This document shows positions 10,966 to 20,093 of a stretch of DNA of 64,000 nucleotides, piece after piece. The notes below the pieces were generated by a model that was not told where the DNA came from, did no database searches, and saw nothing but the letters and a program-made list of their open reading frames with translations. Source of the DNA: an uncultured Chloroflexia bacterium (lineage in GTDB: Bacteria; Chloroflexota; Limnocylindria; Limnocylindrales; CSP1-4); assembly GCA_963778025.1 (NCBI GenBank), contig CAVZTA010000003.1:225544-289543 (forward strand), read 5' to 3'. Position 1 is the stretch's first letter, and every line of letters starts with the position of its first letter. The translations under genes were made by a program, and so were the position numbers.

Positions 10966-11972
10966 GTCTGCTGCCGCCGCAGGATGAGCCAGCCGCCGAC
11001 CATGACGACGATGACCATGATCCCGCCGCGGATGACGACGCTGAAGTTGGCGTCGACGCCGAGGAAGATCAGGTCCTGGCGGATGAGCGCGAGGATGAAC
11101 GCGGCGGCGAGCGGGCCGAGCAGCCCGCCCTGGCCCCCCGCGAGGCTCACGCCGCCGAGCACGATGGCGGCGACGGCGGCGAGCGTGTAGTCCGCGGGGA
11201 CCGGCGAGCCGATGCCGGTCGTCATCGTCAGGGCGAGGCCGCCACCCGCCGCGAACAGCCCGGCCAGCACGTACGACGCGACCTTCGTCCGCTCGACCTG
11301 GACGCCGCTTCGGAACGCCGCCAGCCGGTCGCTCCCGACCGAGTACAGCGACAGGCCCAGGCGCGAGCGGCGGAGCGGCAGCCAGACCACCGCGACGACG
11401 ACGATGAGGACGACGAGCACCTTGGGCAGGAGGTCGATGAGCACGCCGCCGGAGGCGAGCGACGTGAACCAGCTCGCGCCCTTGCCGCCGGGCTTGGACA
11501 GCACCAGCAGCGCCGCCCCGGCCCACACGAACGACGTGGCGAGGGTCACGATGATGTCCGGGACGCGCGTGATGACGACGAGCCCGCCATTGACGAAGCC
11601 GACGCCCAACCCGAGCAGCAGGATGAACACGACGACGCCGAACGACGCCGGATCCCCGAGCCGCTCCATGAGGACGGCCGCGGTGATGCTGGCGAACGCC
11701 ATGACGGCGCCGACCGAGAGGTCGATGCCGCCCGCGATGACGACGATCGCCTGGGCGACCGCGGCGAGGCCGATGGGCAGGGACGCGCGGGCCAGCGTCT
11801 CGAGGTCGAACGCCCCGAAGGTCGGGTGGATGACCTTCGTGACGACGAGCAGGACGATCAGCACGCCCAGCAGGCCCAGGCCCCAGGCGTTCCGCCGCAG
11901 GAAGTGACGCCACGCGCCCTCGGCGGGGGCGATGGCCGTGGGCGTGGACGGCGACGCGGTGACGGCCGTCAT
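10962..11972 (-). CDS. sugar ABC transporter permease (CUT2/RbsC-like), first of two
   Basis: ORF 10962..11972(-): IVVIAGGIDLSVGAVMAFASI, SVGSDRLAAFRSGVQV, about 9-10 hydrophobic spans. Confidence 0.85.
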   Translation of the reverse strand: MTAVTASPSTPTAIAPAEGAWRHFLRRNAWGLGLLGVLIVLLVVTKVIHPTFGAFDLETLARASLPIGLAAVAQAIVVIAGGIDLSVGAVMAFASITAAVLMERLGDPASFGVVVFILLLGLGVGFVNGGLVVITRVPDIIVTLATSFVWAGAALLVLSKPGGKGASWFTSLASGGVLIDLLPKVLVVLIVVVAVVWLPLRRSRLGLSLYSVGSDRLAAFRSGVQVERTKVASYVLAGLFAAGGGLALTMTTGIGSPVPADYTLAAVAAIVLGGVSLAGGQGGLLGPLAAAFILALIRQDLIFLGVDANFSVVIRGGIMVIVVMVGGWLILRRQQT

Positions 11973-13567
11973 GAGACCGCGCCCTCTGTCAAGGCCGCCT
12001 CTTCGGGGATGACCGCACCCGGCGGCAGCCCGTACGCGGCGCGGAGGAGCGTCGGCTCATCGGCCTCGGCGGCGGGCAGCTCATCGACGACCTTGCCGCC
12101 GAAGATGACCACCGCCCGGTCGCACGCGAGCTGGATCTCCTCCAGCTCCGAGGTGTACAGCAGGACCGCCGCGCCACCCGCCGCAAGGTCCCGCAGCAGC
12201 TGGTAGATCTCGCGCTTGGTGCGGATATCGATGCCGCGCGTCGGGTCGAAGCACAGCAGCGTCTTCACGCCCGCCGCGATCCACCGGGCGATCGTCACCT
12301 TCTGCTGGTTGCCACCGGACAGCCGCCGCACCTCCGACTGGGCACGGGTGTCGATCTGCAGCCGCTGGATGGCGGCGCCGACTCGACGTGCCTCGGCGGG
12401 CATGCGGATGGGCCCCCAGCGCTTCACGCGCGCGACGGAGGGCAGGGCGATGTTCTCGCGCACGGAGCGCTGCGGCAGGAGCGCCTCGGCGCGGTTCGCG
12501 GGCACGTACACGAGGCCGGCCCGGATGGCGTCGGCGGGATGGCTGAACTTCACGGCGGTGCCATCGACGACGAGGGTTCCCGCGGCCGGTGTGCGAGCGC
12601 CGGCGAGCACTTCGAACAGCTCGTCCTGACCCTGCCCCTCGAGCGCCACGATGCCCAGGACCTCGCCGGCGCTGAGCTCGAACGAGACGTCGTGGAGCTT
12701 CGTGCCGGCCTGCAGCCCCTCGACCCGCAGCCGGGGCGCGGAGGATCGCGCCGCCGCGGCGGCCGCCTCGCGATCCACGCCGACCTGGTCCTCGGGTGCG
12801 CTCCCGGACGCGGACTCCGCGGCCGCGCTGGCGGCCGCCGCGATCGTCGCGCCGCCTTCGGCGACATCGGCCGCGACGGGCCCGAGCATCAGCCCGACGA
12901 TCCGCTCCTCGGCGCCCTTGGTCACATCGAGCACACCCACGGTCTCACCGTCGCGGAGGACCGTCGCCCGGTCGCACAGCGACGCGATCTCGAGCATCCG
13001 GTGGGAGATGAAGATCACCGACCGGCCCAATTCGCGGACCTTGCCCACGACGTCCAGCACCCGTTCGGTGAGGTCCGCTGGGAGCGCCGCGGTCATCTCG
13101 TCGAGCAGCAGCAGGTCGGGCTCCGCGGCGAGGGCGCGCGCAAGGTCGATGACCCGCAGCGTCGGCAGCGGCAGCTCGCGCACGTACGCCCGCAGGTCGA
13201 GCTCGCTGATGCCCAGGTCGCCCAGCAGGCGCCGGAACGCCGGGATGGGGGTCTCGGTGAGGCGCAGGTTCTCCGCGACCTCCAGGTCGGGGACCAGCGA
13301 CGGCTCCTGGTAGACGGAGACGATGCCCGCGCGACGCGCCTCGGCGGGCGAGCGGACGAGGCGATCCGTGCCGCGCACCCGGATGGTGCCGGCATCGGGG
13401 TGGATCGCGCCGGTGAGGATCTTGACGAAGGTGCTCTTGCCCGCGCCGTTGGCGCCGAGCAGCGCATGGACCTCGCCCGGCGCGACGCTCAGCGAGGCGT
13501 CGCGCAGCGCGGCGACCGCGCCGTATCGCTTGGCGACGCCGGTGGCCTCGAGCAGCAGGTCGGTCAT
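11969..13567 (-). CDS. sugar ABC transporter ATP-binding protein (duplicated ABC domains, RbsA-like)
   Basis: ORF 11969..13618(-), ATG 13567 (MTDLLLEATGV). Walker A GANGAGKST, second signature LSGGNQQK. Ala-rich linker between the two ABC halves. Confidence 0.9.
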   Translation of the reverse strand: MTDLLLEATGVAKRYGAVAALRDASLSVAPGEVHALLGANGAGKSTFVKILTGAIHPDAGTIRVRGTDRLVRSPAEARRAGIVSVYQEPSLVPDLEVAENLRLTETPIPAFRRLLGDLGISELDLRAYVRELPLPTLRVIDLARALAAEPDLLLLDEMTAALPADLTERVLDVVGKVRELGRSVIFISHRMLEIASLCDRATVLRDGETVGVLDVTKGAEERIVGLMLGPVAADVAEGGATIAAAASAAAESASGSAPEDQVGVDREAAAAAARSSAPRLRVEGLQAGTKLHDVSFELSAGEVLGIVALEGQGQDELFEVLAGARTPAAGTLVVDGTAVKFSHPADAIRAGLVYVPANRAEALLPQRSVRENIALPSVARVKRWGPIRMPAEARRVGAAIQRLQIDTRAQSEVRRLSGGNQQKVTIARWIAAGVKTLLCFDPTRGIDIRTKREIYQLLRDLAAGGAAVLLYTSELEEIQLACDRAVVIFGGKVVDELPAAEADEPTLLRAAYGLPPGAVIPEEAALTEGAVS

Positions 13568-13634
13568 GGTCCCTGTGATGGGTGGGGATCGGGGCGCCGG
13601 CGACGGCCGGCGCCCCATGGATCACGAGCTCCGG

Positions 13635-14714
13635 TTACTCGCCCGGGCCCTTGCAGGCCACGAGCTGTGCCTTGTCGTACGTGGTCCAGTCCGGGATCGT
13701 GTAGTTGACCCCGTAGTACGGATCGAGCGTCTTGTCGTAGGCGCCCTTCAGCGTCTGCAGCCCCGCGTCCGTCGTGTTGTCCCACACCGCCGGCGTGAGC
13801 TTCACGACGTGGTCGGTCGGCGCCTGGCCGTTGAGCACCTTCAGCGCCAGCGCGACGCCCGCGCCGCCCACCGGGGGCGGGTTGGTGACGGCGGCGCCGA
13901 CAAGGCCGTTGGCCTTCTCGCTGTCGAGGTAGCCGACGAACGCGTTGTTGTCCGCGCCGACGATCGGCTTGAACTGCTGCTTGGCGGTCTTGAACGCGTC
14001 GATGACGCTGGCGTCGATGCCCGACGTCCAGACGCCGTCGAACTGCGTCCCGGCCGAGAAGATGTCCTGGATCTGCTGGGCACCCTTGGTGATGTCCCAG
14101 CCGGTGAACGTCTCCTTGGCGACCTTGATGTTCGGGTACTCGGTGAGCGCCCGCTTGAAGCCCTTGTCGCGGTCGGTGTCCGCGGGGACGCCCTCGATGC
14201 CGCGCATGTAGATGATGTTGCCCTTGCCGCCGAGCTTGTCGAACAGCCACTTGGCGCCCAGGTAGCCGTAGTTCTCCTGGTCGTTCGACAGGACGTAGGC
14301 GGTCGGGGCGGTCACGCCCTGGTCGACGGCGACCACGGCGATGCCCTTGTCGGTCGCTTCCTTGATCACGTCATTGAGCGCCGTGTCCGACGTCGGGTTG
14401 ACGATGATCGCGTTGACACCCGCGGAGATGAGGCCACGAAGGTCCTCGATCTGGCCGGCGGTGTCCGTGTTGCGGTTGGCGACGACGACCTTGCTGACCT
14501 GGCCGGAGGCGAGCGCCTGGGCCTTGATCGAGCAGATCATCTCCTCGCGCCAGCCGTTGCCCTGGAGCGTGTTCGACACGCCCACGACGTACTGCTTGCC
14601 GGCGGCGGACCCGGACGGCGCCGCGCTCCCGGACGTGCCCGAGCACGCCCCCACGAGCACGACGACGGCGGCAGCCGCCGCGAGCGTCCGTGCGATCTTC
14701 AGGGATCGGATCAT
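13635..14714 (-). CDS. periplasmic-binding-protein type I sugar-binding lipoprotein
   Basis: ORF 13635..14939(-). ATG 14714 preceded by GGAGGAG. MIRSLKIARTLAAAAAVVVLVGAC lipobox. VGVSNTLQGNGWREE and AVVAVDQGV are typical of ribose/xylose-type binding proteins. Confidence 0.85.
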   Translation of the reverse strand: MIRSLKIARTLAAAAAVVVLVGACSGTSGSAAPSGSAAGKQYVVGVSNTLQGNGWREEMICSIKAQALASGQVSKVVVANRNTDTAGQIEDLRGLISAGVNAIIVNPTSDTALNDVIKEATDKGIAVVAVDQGVTAPTAYVLSNDQENYGYLGAKWLFDKLGGKGNIIYMRGIEGVPADTDRDKGFKRALTEYPNIKVAKETFTGWDITKGAQQIQDIFSAGTQFDGVWTSGIDASVIDAFKTAKQQFKPIVGADNNAFVGYLDSEKANGLVGAAVTNPPPVGGAGVALALKVLNGQAPTDHVVKLTPAVWDNTTDAGLQTLKGAYDKTLDPYYGVNYTIPDWTTYDKAQLVACKGPGE

Positions 14715-14805
14715 GTGGTCTGTGCTCCTCCTTCCGCGACGGTCGGCCCTGCGGGCCCGAGGTTCCGTCGCCTGCCCCTTCGCAGCGCGCAAAGCGATCT
14801 CCGTG

Positions 14806-15603
14806 TCACCCACCTCCTCGTGACTGGTCGATGGCGCGAGCGATCCGCCGCGCATGCTCTCGGTAGGCCTGATCGAACAGGGCCCGTGATCGTTCCTCGC
14901 CGACCACGGAGGACCGGGTGATGACGGGGAGCATCGCATCCCGCTGCACGAGCAGCTCGGCGATCCGGACCTTCAGCGAATTCACGACCGCGACGGCGGC
15001 GATGGTCGAGCCCGGGCCGACGGGCGTGTCGAGGCCGTCGAGCGTGACCATGGCGTCCGCGTGCGGTGTGCCGAGATCGATGACGAGGTCGGCCTCGTCG
15101 ACGAGCCGTGCCCCGGCAGCCGGATCGACATCGGAGGCCATCGTCTGGGCGACGCTGGTCACGGCGATGACCTTGAGGCCGCGCCGGCGCCCGCCGCGTG
15201 CCATCTCCACGGGCACGGCGGTGGTCCCGCCCGCCGAGAAGACGATGAGCACGTCCTTCGGGCCGAACGTGAAGTTGGACAGGATGACCTCCGCGAGGCC
15301 GGGCGTGCGCTCGATGGCCATCGCCTGGCGCTGGCCGTTGGCCCCGACCACCTGGGTGTGGAACGTCATCGACAGCTCGACGATCGGGTCGAAGCCGGGG
15401 TACGAGCCGTAGCGCGGGAACATCTCCTCCACGGGGATCCGCGAGTGACCGGTCCCGAACAGATGCACCAGGCCGTCGGCCGCGATCGCGTCGGCACACC
15501 ACCGGGCCGCCTGCTCCATCGCGTCGGCCTGGGTCGCGGCGAGGCGCTCCAGGAGGCCCGTCGCCTCGGTCATCCAGCGCAGGACGGGCGGCGCCTCGGT
15601 CAT
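14806..15603 (-). CDS. SIS (sugar isomerase/phosphosugar-binding) domain protein
   Basis: C-terminal part of ORF 14806..16485(-), ATG 15603: LVHLFGTGHSRIPVEEMFPRYGSYPGF, DVLIVFSAGGTTAVPVEMA. Its start overlaps the oxidoreductase stop (TGATG). Confidence 0.75.
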   Translation of the reverse strand: MTEAPPVLRWMTEATGLLERLAATQADAMEQAARWCADAIAADGLVHLFGTGHSRIPVEEMFPRYGSYPGFDPIVELSMTFHTQVVGANGQRQAMAIERTPGLAEVILSNFTFGPKDVLIVFSAGGTTAVPVEMARGGRRRGLKVIAVTSVAQTMASDVDPAAGARLVDEADLVIDLGTPHADAMVTLDGLDTPVGPGSTIAAVAVVNSLKVRIAELLVQRDAMLPVITRSSVVGEERSRALFDQAYREHARRIARAIDQSRGGG

Positions 15604-16676
15604 CACGCGGGTGTCAGCGTGGCGGGGCGGTCGAGGACGGGCTCCCACGACCCGCTGTGCATGGAGCGGTACGCGGCATCGAGGACGGCGTTGACCACGA
15701 ACCCGTCGTGGAACGTCTCGCGCGGCTCGCGTCCGGCGCGGAACGCCTCGACCATGTGACCCATCATCGCGTCGTGCCCGTGGACGTAGGTCTCGTTGGG
15801 CACCGGGAAGACCCAGCCGGTGTCGGCGTCGGTCTTCTCGCCGAGGTAGCCGGCGGGCTGCTCGATGAACGCCCGGAGCGGGGTCGATGCCATGTCGGAG
15901 ATGATCCGGCCGCCGCTGCCGGCCAGCTCGAAGCGGCCCTCGAGGCCGCCTTTGCTGGACCAGCTCACGTCCATCGTGGCCGCGCGGCCGTCCTCGAAGC
16001 GCGCGATGACGATCGCGTTGTCCTCGCCCGAGGTCCTCGCCTGGTGCACGAGGGTCGCGCCCCACGCGAACGCCGCCTCGATCCGGACGTCCTTGCCGAA
16101 CACGTAGCGCGCGGCCTCGATGCCGTGGGACGCCATGTCGAGCATCGCGCCGCCGCCGGCGAGCTCGGCATCCCAGAAGTGCGCGGCATGCGGCCCGGAG
16201 TGCGCCTCGCGGGCACGGAACGTGACCGGCCGACCGACGGCACCCGACTCCACCATCTCGCGCATCCGCACGAGCTCGGCGCTGAAGACGACGTTCTCGA
16301 GGTAGCCGCTCCAGACGCCGGCCGACGCCACGGCCCGGAGCATCTGCGCGGCCTCGTCCGCGGTTCGGGCGAGTGGCTTGGTGCACACGACGCCCTTCCC
16401 GTGGCGGGCGGCCGCCGCCACGGCCTCCACGTGGAGGTGGTTCGGCAGCGAGACGACGACCAGATCGACGTCCTCGTCGGCGCACACGGCGTCGATGGTG
16501 TCGTAGGCGTTCGCGTAGCCCAGCTGTTCGGCGAACCGGCGGCGGCGCGCCTCGTCGCGGCCGTAGCAGGCCGCCAATCGGACGTCGCGCACGTAGCGCA
16601 GGCCCCAGGTGTGGAACTCGCCGATGAAGCCGGTGCCGAGCATGCCGATGCCGACCGCGCGGCTGGTCACGCCCAC
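15603..16676 (-). CDS. Gfo/Idh/MocA-family NAD(P)-dependent sugar oxidoreductase
   Basis: ORF 15603..16676(-): Rossmann GIGMLGTGFIGEFH, VVVSLPNHLHVEAVAAAARHGKGVVCTKPLA. Confidence 0.85.
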   Translation of the reverse strand: MGVTSRAVGIGMLGTGFIGEFHTWGLRYVRDVRLAACYGRDEARRRRFAEQLGYANAYDTIDAVCADEDVDLVVVSLPNHLHVEAVAAAARHGKGVVCTKPLARTADEAAQMLRAVASAGVWSGYLENVVFSAELVRMREMVESGAVGRPVTFRAREAHSGPHAAHFWDAELAGGGAMLDMASHGIEAARYVFGKDVRIEAAFAWGATLVHQARTSGEDNAIVIARFEDGRAATMDVSWSSKGGLEGRFELAGSGGRIISDMASTPLRAFIEQPAGYLGEKTDADTGWVFPVPNETYVHGHDAMMGHMVEAFRAGREPRETFHDGFVVNAVLDAAYRSMHSGSWEPVLDRPATLTPA

Positions 16677-16725
16677 TCCGTGACGGGAAGCATCCGGTCC
16701 GTCGCCCTCCTCGCGGCTCGACCGA

Positions 16726-16746
16726 TGTCTAGTCGTCTAGACAGCT
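16726..16746. promoter_or_regulatory. palindromic GntR/HutC (DasR/NagR dre-like) operator candidate upstream of the amino-sugar operon
   Basis: TGTCTAGtcgtCTAGACA is a 7-bp inverted repeat (16726-16743). AGTCGTCTAGACAGCT (16731-16746) matches 12 of 16 positions of the dre consensus ACTGGTCTAGACCACT. It lies 50-70 nt upstream of start 16676. Three CTAG tetramers occur within 20 nt. Confidence 0.45.
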
Positions 16747-16836
16747 AGATGACGATGGCCGCGGCGATGGTAGCAGGGCGCCCGGTCCGCACAGCCGGGC
16801 GACTTCGGTGGCCGCGCGTAGCCCCGTGCGGCAGCC

Positions 16837-18258
16837 CTAGAGGGCCTTCACCGCCGCGACGAGATCGGCCAGGCCCTGCTTCGCGTCGGCGAAGAGCATG
16901 CCCGTCTTGGGGTTCGTGTAGAGCTCGTTGTCGATGCCCGCGTACCCGCGGCCCATCGAGCGCTTCATCACGATGATCGCCTTGGCGTGATCGACGTCGA
17001 GGATCGGCATCCCCGACACCGGCGAGCCTGGCTTCCGGGCCGCCGGATTGGTCACGTCGTTCGCGCCGACGACCAGCGCCACGTCCGCCCGCTCGAACTC
17101 GGGGTTGATGTCCTCCATCTCCTTGAGCTGGGGATACGGGACGTTCGCCTCCGCGAGCAGGACGTTCATGTGCCCGGGCATCCGGCCGGCGACGGGGTGG
17201 ATCGCGTACTTCACGTCGACCCCGCGCGCCTCGAGGAGCTCGGCGAGCTCGCGGACGCCGTGCTGTGCCTGGGCGACGGCCAGGCCGTAGCCCGGGACGA
17301 CGATGACCGACGAGGCGTAGGCAAGCTGGATCGCAGCGTCGTCGACGCCGATCTCCCGCACGCTGGCCCCTTCGATCCCCGTCGCGACGGTCCCCTCGCC
17401 GCCACCGAATCCGCCGATCATGATGTTGATCACGGAGCGGTTCATCGCGTCGGCCATCAGCTTGGTCAGGATCGCGCCCGACGCGCCGACGAGGGCACCC
17501 GCGACGATCAGGACCGGGTTCGCGAGCACGAAGCCGGCCATCGCGACCGCCGTGCCGGTGAACGAGTTCAGGAGCGAGATGACGACCGGCATGTCCGCGC
17601 CGCCGATCGGCAGCGTCATCGTCACGCCGAAGATCAGCGCCGCCGCGAGGATCACGAACATGACCGCGACGTTGTAGTTGCCGAGCCACAGGTAGACCGC
17701 GCCGACCACGACGATCAGCGCGAGGAGCGCCGTCGTCAGCTGGCCGCCGGGCACCCTGACCGGCCGTGACGGGGTGAACCTGAGGCCCATCAGCTTGCCG
17801 GACGCGATCAGCGAGCCGGTGAACGTGATCGAGCCGATCACGATGTCGAGCACGACGGCCACGTTCTCGACCAGACCGGGTGCGCCCGAGCGCCGGAGAT
17901 AGTCATCGATCGCGATCAGGGCTGCCGCGCCGCCGCCCACCGCGTTGAACAGCGACACCAGCTGCGGCATCGCGGTCATCTTCACGGTGCGGGCGGTGTA
18001 CAGGCCGAGCCCACCGCCGATGGCGATGCCGATCAGGATGATCGCCCAGCCGACGGCACCGGCCGGGTTCATGTCGGCCGGCCGAAGCAGGAGGTACACC
18101 GCCGTCGCGACGACGGCGACGATCATGCCGCCCGCCGAGACGAGGTTGCCGTTGCGGGCGGTGGCCGGCGAGTTCATGCGGATCAGGCCGAGCACGAATG
18201 CGACGGCGCCGATGATCCACGCGATCTGGGCCAGCGCGCGAAGGAGCAGTTCGTCCAT
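16837..18258 (-). CDS. pntB: NAD(P) transhydrogenase subunit beta
   Basis: ORF 16837..18348(-), ATG 18258 (MDELLLRALAQIAWII). Polytopic N-terminus and NADP(H)-binding dIII C-terminus (VIVVPGYGLAVAQAQH, YAIHPVAGRMPGHMNVLLAEANVPY). Confidence 0.9.
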   Translation of the reverse strand: MDELLLRALAQIAWIIGAVAFVLGLIRMNSPATARNGNLVSAGGMIVAVVATAVYLLLRPADMNPAGAVGWAIILIGIAIGGGLGLYTARTVKMTAMPQLVSLFNAVGGGAAALIAIDDYLRRSGAPGLVENVAVVLDIVIGSITFTGSLIASGKLMGLRFTPSRPVRVPGGQLTTALLALIVVVGAVYLWLGNYNVAVMFVILAAALIFGVTMTLPIGGADMPVVISLLNSFTGTAVAMAGFVLANPVLIVAGALVGASGAILTKLMADAMNRSVINIMIGGFGGGEGTVATGIEGASVREIGVDDAAIQLAYASSVIVVPGYGLAVAQAQHGVRELAELLEARGVDVKYAIHPVAGRMPGHMNVLLAEANVPYPQLKEMEDINPEFERADVALVVGANDVTNPAARKPGSPVSGMPILDVDHAKAIIVMKRSMGRGYAGIDNELYTNPKTGMLFADAKQGLADLVAAVKAL

Positions 18259-18262
18259 CGCC

Positions 18263-18592
18263 CTAGTCCTCGGCCTGCTCGGGCTTCGGCCTGGCGGCGG
18301 GCTTGCGCCGGAACATCTGGAGCATCCGGTCGGTGACCACGTAGCCACCGACCACGTTCATCGTCGCGAACGCGACCGCGATGAGCGACAGGACCTGCGA
18401 CAGGATGTCGTTCGCGGTGACGGCGATGAACATCGCGCCCACGAGGACGATGCCGTGGATCGAGTTGGCGCCCGACATCAGGGGCGTGTGGAGCGTCGCC
18501 GGCACCTTCGAGATGACCGCGAACCCGCACAGGATCGCGAGGCTGAAGATCGTCAGGTACGGCAGGAACGCGAGCAGCTCTTCCGCGCTCAC
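18263..18592 (-). CDS. pntAB: NAD(P) transhydrogenase subunit alpha part 2 (membrane)
   Basis: C-terminal 109 codons of ORF 18263..19651(-): VSAEELLAFLPYLTIFSLAILCGFAVISKVPATLHTPLMSGANSIHGIVLVGA. GTG 18592 overlaps the pntAA stop (GTGA). Confidence 0.8.
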   Translation of the reverse strand: MSAEELLAFLPYLTIFSLAILCGFAVISKVPATLHTPLMSGANSIHGIVLVGAMFIAVTANDILSQVLSLIAVAFATMNVVGGYVVTDRMLQMFRRKPAARPKPEQAED

Positions 18593-19740
18593 GCGGCACC
18601 TCCGGCGGGCTGCAGCAGCTTCTGGACGGGCTCGGCGATGACCGCGCCGTCGTGGGTGATGACCGTGGCCTTCGTCACCTCGTCCTCGAAGTCGAGGTTC
18701 AGGTTCCCGTCCTTCACCATCCCCAGCACCAGCGCCGAGATGTTGCGGGCGTAGAAGGCGCTGGAGCCGGCGGGCATCGAGGCCGGCAGGTTCTCGGGCG
18801 CCGCGATCGTCACGCCGTTGGGCGTCTCGACGGTCTCGCCGGCCTTCGACAGCTCGCAGTTGCCACCGAGCGGCCCGGCCGCCATGTCGACGATGACCGA
18901 GCCCGATTTCATCTTCTCGACCGCCGCGGCCGTCACGAGCACCGGCGGCTTGCGACCCGGCACCTGGGCCGTGGTGATGACCACGTCCATGCCCCCGATC
19001 GCCTCGTTGAGCTCCGCCTGCTGGGCGGCGCGTTCCTCCGCGGTCAGCTCGCGCGCGTAGCCGCCCGCGCCGGTCGCGTCGATCTGCGTCTTGAGCTTCA
19101 CGAACTTCGCGCCAAGGCTCTCGGCCTGCTCGCGGGTCTCGGGGCGCACGTCGTACGCCGACACGACCGCGCCCAGGCGGCGTGCCGTGCCGATCGCCTG
19201 GAGCCCCGCCACGCCGATGCCCAGGATCAGCACGTTGGCGGGCTTCGCCGTACCGGCGGCCGTGGTCAGGAGCGGGAAGTAGCGACCGTACGTGGTCGCG
19301 GCGATGAGCACCGCCTTGTAGCCACCGACGTTCGCCTGGCTCGACAGCGCGTCCATCGTCTGCGCCCGCGACAGCGTCCGCGGGATCGCGTCCAGGCTGA
19401 TCGCGGTCACGCCGCGCTCGGCGAGCTTGCCCATCAGCTGCGGGTCGAGCAGCGGCTGGAGCAGCCCGACGACCGCCTGACCCTTGCGCAGCCGGGACGA
19501 CTCCTCCGCGGTGGGCTTGGCGACGCGAAGGACGACGTCGGACTGTGCGTACAGCTCGTCGGTGGACACGACCTTGGCGCCCGCATCCGCGTACGCCTGG
19601 TCGGGGATCGCGGCACCGGCACCCGCGCCGGTCTCCACGAGCACCTCGCACCCGGCCGCCTGCAGCTTGCCGAGCACCTCGGGCACCAGAGCGACGCGCC
19701 GTTCGCCGGCGACGGTCTCCCTGGCGACGCCGACCTTCAT
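18589..19740 (-). CDS. pntAA: NAD(P) transhydrogenase subunit alpha part 1 (alanine dehydrogenase-like dI)
   Basis: ORF 18589..20019(-): MKVGVARETVAGERRVALVPE, ILGIGVAGLQAIGTARRLGAVV. AAGGTG 6 nt before ATG 19740. Alternative starts at 19746 and 19761. Confidence 0.85.
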   Translation of the reverse strand: MKVGVARETVAGERRVALVPEVLGKLQAAGCEVLVETGAGAGAAIPDQAYADAGAKVVSTDELYAQSDVVLRVAKPTAEESSRLRKGQAVVGLLQPLLDPQLMGKLAERGVTAISLDAIPRTLSRAQTMDALSSQANVGGYKAVLIAATTYGRYFPLLTTAAGTAKPANVLILGIGVAGLQAIGTARRLGAVVSAYDVRPETREQAESLGAKFVKLKTQIDATGAGGYARELTAEERAAQQAELNEAIGGMDVVITTAQVPGRKPPVLVTAAAVEKMKSGSVIVDMAAGPLGGNCELSKAGETVETPNGVTIAAPENLPASMPAGSSAFYARNISALVLGMVKDGNLNLDFEDEVTKATVITHDGAVIAEPVQKLLQPAGGAA

Positions 19741-19900
19741 GGGCATCACCTTGTGGGTCATGGCGAACGAGGGCAGGCCGCTCGCCGGAAGAGGACTGGG
19801 ATGTCGCGCGACAGGATAGCGGAGCAGGTCGGGGCGGGCCGCTCGTTCGACCACGTCGTCGCTCTTGCCACCTGGCGAGCCCGCGGCGCAGGATGGGCGC

Positions 19901-20080
19901 ATGCAGCTCGTGCCCACGCGGCTCATCGAGGCGGTCCAGCGTCGGCTGGCCGGTGCGCCGATGTCACCGGAGGAGGCGCTGCGTCGGCGGGGCGAGCGGC
20001 TCGAAGCCGAGGCGCGCATGCGCGGCGAGATCGATCGCGCCGTGAGGCTCTGGGGTCGGACGAACCGCTACGTCCGCTGA
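19901..20080 (+). CDS. small hypothetical protein (59 aa)
   Basis: Part of ORF 19865..20080. ATG 19901 (MQLVPTRLIEAVQRRLAG..) after AGGA. GC3-rich frame; no recognisable domain. Confidence 0.3.
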   Translation: MQLVPTRLIEAVQRRLAGAPMSPEEALRRRGERLEAEARMRGEIDRAVRLWGRTNRYVR

Positions 20081-20093
20081 GCGGCACGACCGC

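Noticed and set aside
9820-11190. 456-aa plus-strand ORF; likewise 59912..61519(-), 535 aa
   Set aside because: Both are antisense shadows of ABC transporter permease and binding-protein genes, with charged low-complexity translations.
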